From positions 1 to 56,156 of the forward strand of contig JAQGDQ010002419.1 in NCBI GenBank assembly GCA_030141605.1: a stretch of DNA of 56,156 nucleotides, written 5' to 3'. This DNA comes from Tubiluchus corallicola. Lineage: Eukaryota > Animalia > Priapulida. Below are positions 29,167-39,118 of the stretch, one piece after another. Made by a program: the position numbers and the translations under genes. The notes beneath the pieces are model-generated. The model was not told the origin of the DNA. It did no database searches and saw only the letters and a list, made by a program, of their open reading frames with translations. How positions within the stretch are numbered: position 1 is the stretch's first letter; every line of letters begins with the position of its first letter.

Positions 29167-30351
29167 ATGAAAGCTAACATTAACATATTGTCATTATTGC
29201 TTCTTCTAATTATATTTCAATTCTGTAAAACAGAAAAAAAACAGACCGAAATATTTTATAAAGCACAAGAAGTATTGAAGCCATCTATATTAGCAAATAG
29301 CAAATGGGCATTACAACAAGAGCCAATAACCATTACTGCCGAATACTGTGAAAGAAGTGCTGGGGGGAAACACGATTTCTATTCCGAAGGCGATTATTGG
29401 TGGCCTGACCCCAAAAATCCGAATGCCCCTTACATCCAAAGAGATGGACAAACAAATCCTAACAACTTCGTCGCCCATAGATTAGCGATGATAAGATTAA
29501 GCCGTATTGTTGGCACTTTAACTTCTGCCTATATTATTAATAAGGATAAAACATACATAGAGCATATTGTAAAGCACTTGGATGCGTGGTTTGTAAACCC
29601 CAACACAAGAATGAACCCCCATCTACTTTATGCACAAGCAATTACAGGACGTGTAACAGGAAGGGGCATTGGTATCATAGATACTATACACTTAATGGAA
29701 GTAGCTCAGAGTATCCTAATTCTCAAAAAATTAAACCTACTTGATGAAAACTTTTCTAACAATGTTCAAAAGTGGTTTAAACAGTATTTAAACTGGATAA
29801 CTACCCACGAATACGGTATAGCAGAACGCGAAAAAGAAAACAACCACGGAACTTGTTGGGCAATGCAAGTAGCATCTTTTGCTAAATTAACAGACGACAA
29901 AGAAACCCTCCTACTCTGTAAAGAACGATATAAAAACATCCTTCTACCTGACCAAATGGCAGAAAATGGCAGTTTCCCAGAAGAATTAGAAAGAACCAAA
30001 CCCTATGGATATTCCTTATTTAACTTGGATGCAATGGCAACCGTTTGCCAAATACTATCGACAGAAGATGATAACCTATGGCAATACACACTATCTGATG
30101 GAAGAAACATTAAAAAAGGAGTAGAGTTTTTAACCCCATTTGTAGAAGACAAAAGTAAATGGAAATTAAAACCCGATGTGATGTATTGGGAAAACTGGCC
30201 TGTGGCACAGCCTTATCTTATTTTTGCGGCAAACGCCTTTAACAATGAAAAACACTATGAGATATGGAAAGCCTTAGAACACAACCCCCAAGTGCAAGAG
30301 GTCATAAGAAATTTGCCTATAAGAAACCCTTTAATATGGCTATATAAATAA
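29167..30351 (+). CDS. Alginate-lyase-family (PL38-like) polysaccharide lyase, copy 1
   Basis: HDFYSEGDYWWPDP, RDGQTNP, GRGIGIIDT, NNHGTCW, ELERTKPYGYSLFNL. Confidence 0.85.
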   Translation: MKANINILSLLLLLIIFQFCKTEKKQTEIFYKAQEVLKPSILANSKWALQQEPITITAEYCERSAGGKHDFYSEGDYWWPDPKNPNAPYIQRDGQTNPNNFVAHRLAMIRLSRIVGTLTSAYIINKDKTYIEHIVKHLDAWFVNPNTRMNPHLLYAQAITGRVTGRGIGIIDTIHLMEVAQSILILKKLNLLDENFSNNVQKWFKQYLNWITTHEYGIAEREKENNHGTCWAMQVASFAKLTDDKETLLLCKERYKNILLPDQMAENGSFPEELERTKPYGYSLFNLDAMATVCQILSTEDDNLWQYTLSDGRNIKKGVEFLTPFVEDKSKWKLKPDVMYWENWPVAQPYLIFAANAFNNEKHYEIWKALEHNPQVQEVIRNLPIRNPLIWLYK

Positions 30352-30423
30352 CCAATACAATTTTTATAAAAAAACGAAACATATAATAAGCATTAAACTT
30401 TGTAATATAAAAGTACTTTTTTT

Positions 30424-30479
30424 TTTGGAGAAAGCATTTGTGTATATTATATTTGCAAATTACAATGTGAACGCTCACG
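30424..30479 (+). promoter_or_regulatory. Promoter of susC2 with LacI-type operator
   Basis: TTTG (30424-30427), 20 nt, TATATTTG (30448-30455); operator tgtgaacgctcacg at 30466-30479. Confidence 0.75.
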
Positions 30480-30522
30480 CATTTTGTATACATAAATAAA
30501 AAGTCAGTAAAAAACGAACATT

Positions 30523-33500
30523 ATGAAAAAACTATTCTTTTACTTGATAATAACTTTATTATTCACTAACTATTTAAAGGCACAAAGCATAGAAATAACA
30601 GGACAAGTTGTTGATTCAGACGGACAAGACTTACCCGGAGTAACTATCTTAGTTAAAGGAACTACAACAGGAACTATAAGCAACCCTAACGGAGAATATA
30701 CCATAACTGTTCCCAACAGTGAAGGGACACTTATATTTTCTTTTGTAGGTATGAAAAGTCAAGAAATTCCTATACAAAAACAGACAAAAATAAATGTTGT
30801 AATGGAATCTGGTGCAATAGGATTAGACGAAGTGGTAGCCATTGGATACGGAATACAAAAAAAGAGTGATTTAACTGGCTCACTATCATCTGTGTCGTCC
30901 GAAGATATTAACGCCTACCCAGCATCAGGAATAACACAAGCATTGCAAGGTAGAGCATCAGGAGTAATGGTAACTAGTGCAAACAGCGGAGAGCCAGGAG
31001 GCGATATGAAAATAAGAATACGTGGTGCTACTTCAATCAATGCAAGTAGCGACCCCCTATACGTAGTAGATGGGTTTGCAGGAGGTAGCCTACCACCTCC
31101 AGAAGACATTCAATCAATAGAAATACTAAAAGATGCCTCTTCAACTGCCATATACGGTTCAAGAGGTGCCAACGGAGTTGTACTCGTTACAACAAAATCA
31201 GGAAAAATAGGAAAATCACAAATAAGTTTCAATGTCTCTACATCTATCCAAGAAATAACTAAAACAATAGACCTCCTAAACACAGAACAATTCATAGAAT
31301 ATATGAACGACTGGTCCGACAACATAGAAGAACCACCTAGATATACCCTACCTGCTTCAGAATATGAAGATACCGACTGGCAAGATGAAATATTTAGACA
31401 AGGTTCCATTCAAAACTATCAATTATCCTTTTCGGGAGGAAGCGATAAGGTAACCTATTACTTGTCAACAACTTATTTTGGGAACAAAGGAATAGTTATC
31501 AATTCAGATTTTAACAGAATTTCATTAGTAAACAATCTTAATTTTCAAGCCAGCGACAAATTAAAAATAGGAAGCAATATACAAATTAGACGTACTAATA
31601 CAAATGGAGTGAGAACTCAAGAAAGTTCAGGAGGACCTACTACAGGAGTAATCTCTTCGGCTCTTAAATTTGTACCCACATTAGGAATTTATGATGCCAA
31701 CGGCAACTTTACTCGTAATGAAATCAGCGACCCAATAGACAACCCTTATGCTATTGCAACGGAAAGAATAAACGAAAAAATTATAGACAGAACACAAATA
31801 AATCTTTTTGGAGAATATGATATTTCAGACGAATTAAGACTAAGAGTAAGCTTAGGAACTAATATTTATAACAGAAGAATAGGAGAATTTATACCTCGAA
31901 CATTATTAGATGCAGAAAATGTAAATGGGAAAGCCTCTATAGAAGGTAGAAAAAATACTAATTTGCTCAATGAGAACTACCTCAACTATACAAAAAAAAT
32001 AAACGAACAACATACCTTATCTGCACTACTTGGATACTCTTACCAACAATCAATAGTAGAAACATGGGAAGCAGAAAACTGGAGTTTTATAACAGACAAT
32101 TACAGTTTTTGGAACTTAGGAGGAGGTGCTAATTACCAACAACCCTCCTCTGAACTTACCGAATGGGAATTAGCCTCTTGGTATGGAAGACTAAATTACA
32201 ACTTTGACAGCAAATATCTTTTGACCGTTACAGGGAGGTATGATGGATCTTCACGATTTGGACAAAACAACAAATGGGCATTCTTTCCATCAGCAGCACT
32301 GGCTTGGAATATAAAAGAAGAAGAATTCTTGAAGAACTTTAACACAATTAGCTCCTTAAAATTTAGATTAAGTTATGGCATTACAGGAAATACTGACATA
32401 GGGAGCTACCAATCTCTTGCAAAGTTTAGCGATGTATTAACGGTTATAGACGGAACGACTGTTGTTGCCATCAGCCCCACAGCACTAGCTAATAGTGATT
32501 TAACTTGGGAACAAACACAACAATACAACATAGGAATAGATATAGGTCTCCTTCAAAATAGAATAAACATAACAACAGATTACTACTTAATGAACACCAA
32601 AGACTTGCTCTATGAATTGCCACTCCCTCGATATACTGGATATAATACAATGCTTACCAATATTGGAGCAGTTCAAAATAAAGGTTTAGAACTGGCCATA
32701 ACCACAAGAAACTTTATTAACAAATTTCAGTGGACTACAGATTTTAACATATCATTCAATAGAAATAAAATAACAGAATTAGCTGGAGGAGATATATTTT
32801 ATGGAGATATCCCAGGTCATTTGTTTCCGGGAGACTCACGAATCTCACAAATATTAAGAGAAGGAGAAGTTGTAGGTGCATTTTGGGGATATGCATGGGA
32901 TGGGATTTACCAAGAAGGAGATGACTTCTCGTTAGAACCGGACAAACAACCCGGAGATATTAAATACAAAGATATTAATGGTGATGGTAAAATAGATGAA
33001 GGAGATAGGACAATCATAGGTAACCCCCACCCCGACTATATTTGGGGACTAAACAATACCCTTTCCTACAAAAATTTTGACTTAAACATATTTTTCCAAG
33101 CCGTAATAGGTAATGATGTATTAAATGTCACACGACTTGAATTAGAGCAAATATCAGGCCGAGCCAACCAAACAACTGCTGCTTTAGATAGATGGACTCC
33201 TAGCAATCCCAGTAACGAAGTGCCACGAGCAGCCAACCATAGCCCAACAATATCTTCAAGGTGGGTTGAAGATGGCTCATATATTAGACTGAAAAATTTA
33301 GCATTAGGCTACAACCTTCCAGAAAAGATACTAAAAAGGCTTAAAGCATTTAGCCAAGTAAGATTTTATGCAAGCGCTCAAAATTTACTAACATTTACAA
33401 AATACAAAGGATATGACCCTGAAATAAGCTACCGTTCTAATGACAATGCAAGGTCAAATAAAAATATAGGAATGGATTATGGAAGCTATCCTGCTATTAG

Positions 33501-33534
33501 AACATACACTTTTGGTATGAATGTAAACTTTTAA
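30523..33534 (+). CDS. susC: SusC/RagA-family TonB-dependent transporter
   Basis: LDEVVAIGYG, PLYVVDG, ILKDASSTAIYGSRGANGVVLVTTKSG; C-terminal F. Confidence 0.97.
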   Translation: MKKLFFYLIITLLFTNYLKAQSIEITGQVVDSDGQDLPGVTILVKGTTTGTISNPNGEYTITVPNSEGTLIFSFVGMKSQEIPIQKQTKINVVMESGAIGLDEVVAIGYGIQKKSDLTGSLSSVSSEDINAYPASGITQALQGRASGVMVTSANSGEPGGDMKIRIRGATSINASSDPLYVVDGFAGGSLPPPEDIQSIEILKDASSTAIYGSRGANGVVLVTTKSGKIGKSQISFNVSTSIQEITKTIDLLNTEQFIEYMNDWSDNIEEPPRYTLPASEYEDTDWQDEIFRQGSIQNYQLSFSGGSDKVTYYLSTTYFGNKGIVINSDFNRISLVNNLNFQASDKLKIGSNIQIRRTNTNGVRTQESSGGPTTGVISSALKFVPTLGIYDANGNFTRNEISDPIDNPYAIATERINEKIIDRTQINLFGEYDISDELRLRVSLGTNIYNRRIGEFIPRTLLDAENVNGKASIEGRKNTNLLNENYLNYTKKINEQHTLSALLGYSYQQSIVETWEAENWSFITDNYSFWNLGGGANYQQPSSELTEWELASWYGRLNYNFDSKYLLTVTGRYDGSSRFGQNNKWAFFPSAALAWNIKEEEFLKNFNTISSLKFRLSYGITGNTDIGSYQSLAKFSDVLTVIDGTTVVAISPTALANSDLTWEQTQQYNIGIDIGLLQNRINITTDYYLMNTKDLLYELPLPRYTGYNTMLTNIGAVQNKGLELAITTRNFINKFQWTTDFNISFNRNKITELAGGDIFYGDIPGHLFPGDSRISQILREGEVVGAFWGYAWDGIYQEGDDFSLEPDKQPGDIKYKDINGDGKIDEGDRTIIGNPHPDYIWGLNNTLSYKNFDLNIFFQAVIGNDVLNVTRLELEQISGRANQTTAALDRWTPSNPSNEVPRAANHSPTISSRWVEDGSYIRLKNLALGYNLPEKILKRLKAFSQVRFYASAQNLLTFTKYKGYDPEISYRSNDNARSNKNIGMDYGSYPAIRTYTFGMNVNF

Positions 33535-33570
33535 GCCCTGAATTGTATTAACCCTAAAAATGGCACTAAG

Positions 33571-35088
33571 ATGAAAAAAGTAACTTATTATTTGATAACA
33601 ACCTTCTTCTTTGTAGGCTGTATGAACTTAGATGAAAAACCTATTGGCTTATTAGACCCCGAAAGCCTATTCAAAACAAAAGCTGATGCAGAAGCAGCAG
33701 TATTTGGTGCTTATGGAGAACTCGCACATCAAGATATTTATGGAAGAGAGATGAACATAGCATTACAACTACTTAGCGATATGGCAGATATAGGAGATAA
33801 CGGAACAGCCGCATATAGGCAAGAAATAAACAATTTTACACATACATCTGAAAATGGGCTTATTTCTCTTTTTTGGCCTCAACTTTACAAAGCTATTAGT
33901 GCTAGCAATGCAGCCATAAGTGGAATTCCCAATGTAGGATTGGAAGAAGACGAAGAAAAAGCACTTATCCACGAAGCAAAAGTAATAAGAGCATTATGTT
34001 ACTATCACTTAGTAAGGTTATTTGGAGACCTTCCATTCATTACAGAACTTATAACAAACCCCAGTGAAGTATCACAGATTTCAAGAACACCAGCAAATGA
34101 AGTCTATAGTCAAATTATAGCTGATTGTGAAGAAGCTGTAAATTGGTTGCCTGACAAGTACGGCGATGGAAGCTCAAAAACAAGAGCCTCAAAAGCAGCA
34201 GCACATACATTGTTGGCCTCTATTTACCTAACCCAAGAAAATTGGGAAAAAGCCTATGAAAACGCTAAAATAGTAATAGACAAAAAAGGAGATTTTAATG
34301 TAGGTTTAGTAGAAGACTTTCAAGATTTATGGATAGCTGAAAATGGAGATACAGAAGAAACTATATGGGCTGTCGATTTTTTAGCAAACACCCGTGACGG
34401 ACGCCATAACCTAGACTATATGAGCCCTATTACAGGTGTCAAAGGAGCCAAAATAAACAAATGGAGTGTTGTTGTTCCATCTTTAAAAGTATTTGAAAGT
34501 TTCAATGACTTAGATTATAGAAAAGAGGTTAGTTTTCTCACAGAAGAGGTTTTTACAGAAAACAATCAGGACGTTACTAAAAATTATACAGAATTTGAAA
34601 TCAAGAGGCCTCATATTGCCAAATGGCAACATACAGGAGATAAGACAGATGCCAATGGAAGAACCTCTCACTACAATTACATCATATTTAGATATGCAGA
34701 AGTATTGCTAATAGCAGCAGAAGCCCTCAATGAATTAGGTAGAGGAGCCGATGCAGTTGCCTATGTAAACGAAATAAGAGAAAGAGCAAGAAATGCAGAC
34801 GGAACACCACGTACCCATCCGCCAGATATTACAAACAATGGAGACGACACACAACTAAGGAACGATATTTTAGAAGAACGGAGGATAGAACTTGCATTCG
34901 AATGGAAAAGATGGTACGACCTTATAAGAAGACATAAGTACGATAATTATAATTTATCGAATGTTTTTGGGAGTGAAGGACTTGAAACGCACACCAACAT
35001 AAATCCTGCAAAACATAAACTATTACCAATACCTAATTCTGAAATACTGAGAAACCCAAATCTACTTCCAAATAACACAGGATATTAA
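33571..35088 (+). CDS. susD: SusD/RagB-family lipoprotein
   Basis: Lipobox FVGC; FRYAEVLLIAAEALNE; ERRIELAFEWKRWYDL. Confidence 0.96.
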   Translation: MKKVTYYLITTFFFVGCMNLDEKPIGLLDPESLFKTKADAEAAVFGAYGELAHQDIYGREMNIALQLLSDMADIGDNGTAAYRQEINNFTHTSENGLISLFWPQLYKAISASNAAISGIPNVGLEEDEEKALIHEAKVIRALCYYHLVRLFGDLPFITELITNPSEVSQISRTPANEVYSQIIADCEEAVNWLPDKYGDGSSKTRASKAAAHTLLASIYLTQENWEKAYENAKIVIDKKGDFNVGLVEDFQDLWIAENGDTEETIWAVDFLANTRDGRHNLDYMSPITGVKGAKINKWSVVVPSLKVFESFNDLDYRKEVSFLTEEVFTENNQDVTKNYTEFEIKRPHIAKWQHTGDKTDANGRTSHYNYIIFRYAEVLLIAAEALNELGRGADAVAYVNEIRERARNADGTPRTHPPDITNNGDDTQLRNDILEERRIELAFEWKRWYDLIRRHKYDNYNLSNVFGSEGLETHTNINPAKHKLLPIPNSEILRNPNLLPNNTGY

Positions 35089-35177
35089 ACTAATAAATAA
35101 AGATAAAAAAACTATCCTGCTTACTTAGTAGAGCTATCAGCAGCTTTTTATAATTTAAATGCCAAACATATAAACAG

Positions 35178-37681
35178 ATGAGAATTAAGTTATTCTTCTT
35201 CATTGTAATGATTTTATATATATCTAATGGGAAATCACAGACCAATAGTACCCGATTAGAGAATGACTGGGAATTTTTAAAAAGTGACTTAGGAGGTATT
35301 TGGGAAGCAGTTCGTTTACCCAAAGTGCCAAAAACATCCAATACCTCAAAATCATCTTCCCCCGAATCAGTCCCACTTTGGAAGGATGTGAAACTACCTC
35401 ATTGTTTCAACGATTTTGATGCTGTAGACCCTTATACGAACTATTACCAAGGGCCGGGCTGGTATAAGACAACTATACAGATTGACAACCCATATAAAAA
35501 CGGAAGAACACTATTGCACTTTGAAGGAGCTGGGCAAAAAACAGAAATATATATCTATACTACAAAAGTAGGAGAACATATTGGAGGCTATGACGAATGG
35601 ACAATAGATATTACAGAAGCTGTAGAAGAATTTAAAAAACACGAAAGATTTGATAAAGACTATGAAGGGAAAATACCCATTATTATTCGTTGTGATAACT
35701 CCCGCGACTTAGAAATGATACCCTCTGACTTATCCGACTTTAACCTATATGGAGGAATACACCGTTATTTAAACTTGGTATATGTTAATGAAGTAAGTAT
35801 AAAAAACTTAGCCATTAACCCTAGTGTTGATGCACAAAGTAAAAAAAGTCAAGTAAAAATAGAAGGAACATTATACAATCCGCAAAATGTACCAACCAAA
35901 AACATTAAAATAGAAATCCACTCTCCCAATAATAAAAAAATACAAACTATAGACATACCTTCTTCTCAAGTTAAGAACAACACATTTTCAACATCATTTG
36001 TTATAAAAAAACCAAACTTATGGTCGCCTGAAAACCCTAATTTATACCAGTGTGTTGTTAAAATTGAGAACCCAAAAGGAATAGAAGAATATAAAGACAA
36101 TTTTGGGATAAGACATTTTGAGTTTATAGAAAAAGGACCTTTTAAATTAAATGGAGAAAGATTATTGTTGAGAGGAACACATAGGCACGAAGACCACACA
36201 AGTGTTGCTGCTGCTATGACAGAAGAAATGATGCGAGAAGAAATGATAATGATGAAAGAAATGGGAGTTAACTTTATTCGTTTAGGTCATTATCAGCAAT
36301 CAAGAATCATACTCAACCTATGCGATAGCCTTGGAATACTGGTATGGGAAGAAATTCCCTGGTGTAGAGGAGGACTGGGAGGTGAAAAATACCAACAGCA
36401 AGCCAAAAGAATGCTTGTCAATATGATAACACAGCATAAAAACCACCCTTCTGTAATTATTTGGGGGTTAGGAAATGAAAATGACTGGCCTAACGACTTC
36501 CCTGAATTTACTAAAGAAAACTTCGATGAAGAAAAAATACGAACCTTTATGAAAGAGCTGAACGACCTATCCCACAGCTTAGATGATAGCAGAAAAACGG
36601 CTATTCGTCGTTGCACTTTCTGTGCAGATATCGTAGATGTATATTCTCCCTCAATATGGGCAGGATGGTACAGAGGAAAATTTACTGACTACAAAGAAGT
36701 ATCTCGTAAAGAAATAGAAAAGGTAAACCATTTCTTACACGTAGAATGGGGAGCAAGCAATCACGCAAGGAGACACTCTGAAAACCCTGACAAAAATTTA
36801 GAAAATATAAAAACTGGAGAAGCAGATGAACGAGACGGAGACGCTTCCTTGGTTGGAGGAGACCCAAGAGCATCAAAAGATGGAGATTGGTCAGAAACTT
36901 ATGCTTGTAACCTGATAGATTGGCACTTAAAAGAACAAGAAACGATGCCTTGGCTAACAGGAACAGCCTATTGGCCTTTCAAAGACTTTTCCACACCCCT
37001 TCGCCCTGAAAATCCTGTGCCATATGTAAATCAAAAAGGAGTAGTTGAACGAGACCTTACCAAAAAAGAAGCATACTATGTTTTTCAATCCTACTGGACA
37101 GGAAAACCAATGGCACATATTTATGGACATACTTTTAAAACAAGGTGGGGAGAAGCAAACGAAAAAAGTTAATAAAAGTTTATTCAAACTGTGAAGAAGC
37201 AGAATTGATAGTAAACGGCAAAAGCTATGGTAAGAAAAAAAGAAACTCACAAGACTATCCTGCAGCAGGACTAAGGTGGAACGTGCAACTCAAAGAAGGA
37301 CAAAATGAAATAAAAACCATTGGATTCAAAAAAAATAAACCAGTGGCTACCGATAATATAATACAAAATTATCAAACAAATAAATGGGACAAACCATCCA
37401 AACTAGAAATAAGCAAGTATTACAAAGCAGAAAACGAATATTGGATAGAAGTAATAGCTAAAGACAATAAAGATATTCAATGCCTTGATGCTAAAAACTT
37501 TGTAGAGTTCGACATAACTGGAGATGGCACATTACTTGGAAACCTTGGCACATCAACAGGAGCATTAAAAGTGCAGTTATACAATGGGCGAGCCAAAATA
37601 GGCTTAAAACACAAAGAAGGAAAAAGTATAGTTTCTGTAAAGTCCGAAGGATTAAAAACAGTATTTATTAACATCGAATAA
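35178..37681 (+). CDS. GH2 glycoside hydrolase, split by a frameshift at ~37162-37167
   Basis: LLHFEGAGQ, LRGTHRHED, FIRLGHYQQ, WGLGNEND. ORFs 35178-37172 and 37145-37681 join (GEANEKKLIKVYSNC) if one A is added to the A6 run. Confidence 0.88.
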
Positions 37682-37833
37682 TTACTTGACAATCATAAAA
37701 AAGGTAATAAAAAGTAGAAAAAACTTTAATTCTTAGTCCAAAAACGACTTTGATCTTAAAGTTTTGGAAAGAAAATTATCTTCTAAATAATTTATATACT
37801 AATTATTATCAATCTTAATTCGGTTAAAATAAA

Positions 37834-39009
37834 ATGAAGAAATTTAAGATATTATTGCTATTTCTAATTATCCTTCAATTCTGTAAAACAGAAAAAAAAC
37901 AGACCGAAATATTTTATAAAGCACAAGAAGTATTGAAGCCATCTATATTAGCAAATAGCAAATGGGCATTACAACAAGAGCCAATAACCATTACCGCAGA
38001 ATACTGCGAGAGAAGTGCAGGCGGAAAAAACGACTTTTACTCTGAAGCAGACTATTTTTGGCCAGACCCTAACAACCCTACAGGTCCCTACAGAAGTAGA
38101 GATGGACTAACCAACCCCGACAATTTTGTTGCCCATAGATTAGCAATGATAAGACTAAATCGTGTTGTTGGCACTTTAACCTCCGCCTATATTATCAACA
38201 AGGACAAAACATATATAGAACACATTAAAAAGCACTTGAATGCGTGGTTTGTCAATGCCGACACAAAAATGAACCCCCATATGCTTTACTCACAGGCAGT
38301 TATAGGAAAATATACAGGAAGGAATTTTGGTATTATTGACGCCATACACTTAATGGAAGTAGCCCAAAGTGCTTTCATACTTCAAAAAATGGATGCATTA
38401 GATACAGACTATTTAGAGGAAGTAAAGCAATGGTTTCAACAATTCATAAACTGGCTAAAGACCCACGAATATGGTATCAAAGAACGAGACAGAGACAACA
38501 ATCACGGAACTTGTTGGGTAATGCAAGTAGCATCTTATGCTAAGTTAGCAGATGACAAAAAAACCCTTCAATTTTGTAAGGAACAATATAAAAACATTCT
38601 TCTACACCAAATGGCCACGGATGGAGGCTTCCCACGAGAGTTGAGAAGAACCAAGCCTTATGGCTACTCACTATTCAACTTAGATGCAATGGCAACTGTT
38701 TGTCAAATACTATCGACAGAAGATGATAACCTATGGCAATACGCACTACCTGATGGAAGAAACATTAAAAAAGGAGTAGAGTTTTTAACCCCATTTGTAG
38801 AAGACAAAAGTAAATGGAAATTAAAACCCGATGTGATGTATTGGGAAAACTGGCCTGTGGCACAGCCTTATCTTATTTTTGCGGCAAACGCCTTTAACAA
38901 TGAAAAACACTACGAGATATGGAAAGCCTTAGAACACAACCCCCAAGTGCAAGAGGTCATAAGAAATTTGCCTATAAGAAACCCTTTAATATGGCTATAC
39001 AATATTTAG
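37834..39009 (+). CDS. Alginate-lyase-family (PL38-like) polysaccharide lyase, copy 2
   Basis: Paralogue of 29167-30351; NNHGTCW, ELRRTKPYGYSLFNL. Confidence 0.85.
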   Translation: MKKFKILLLFLIILQFCKTEKKQTEIFYKAQEVLKPSILANSKWALQQEPITITAEYCERSAGGKNDFYSEADYFWPDPNNPTGPYRSRDGLTNPDNFVAHRLAMIRLNRVVGTLTSAYIINKDKTYIEHIKKHLNAWFVNADTKMNPHMLYSQAVIGKYTGRNFGIIDAIHLMEVAQSAFILQKMDALDTDYLEEVKQWFQQFINWLKTHEYGIKERDRDNNHGTCWVMQVASYAKLADDKKTLQFCKEQYKNILLHQMATDGGFPRELRRTKPYGYSLFNLDAMATVCQILSTEDDNLWQYALPDGRNIKKGVEFLTPFVEDKSKWKLKPDVMYWENWPVAQPYLIFAANAFNNEKHYEIWKALEHNPQVQEVIRNLPIRNPLIWLYNI

Positions 39010-39118
39010 AAAATAAGTACAAAAGATAAAAATTCAAAAATAGATATTACTATAATCTATGCAGAATACAACTTCTTAAAAGCATTAATAATAACAAGTA
39101 ATAATAAATAATTAAAAA

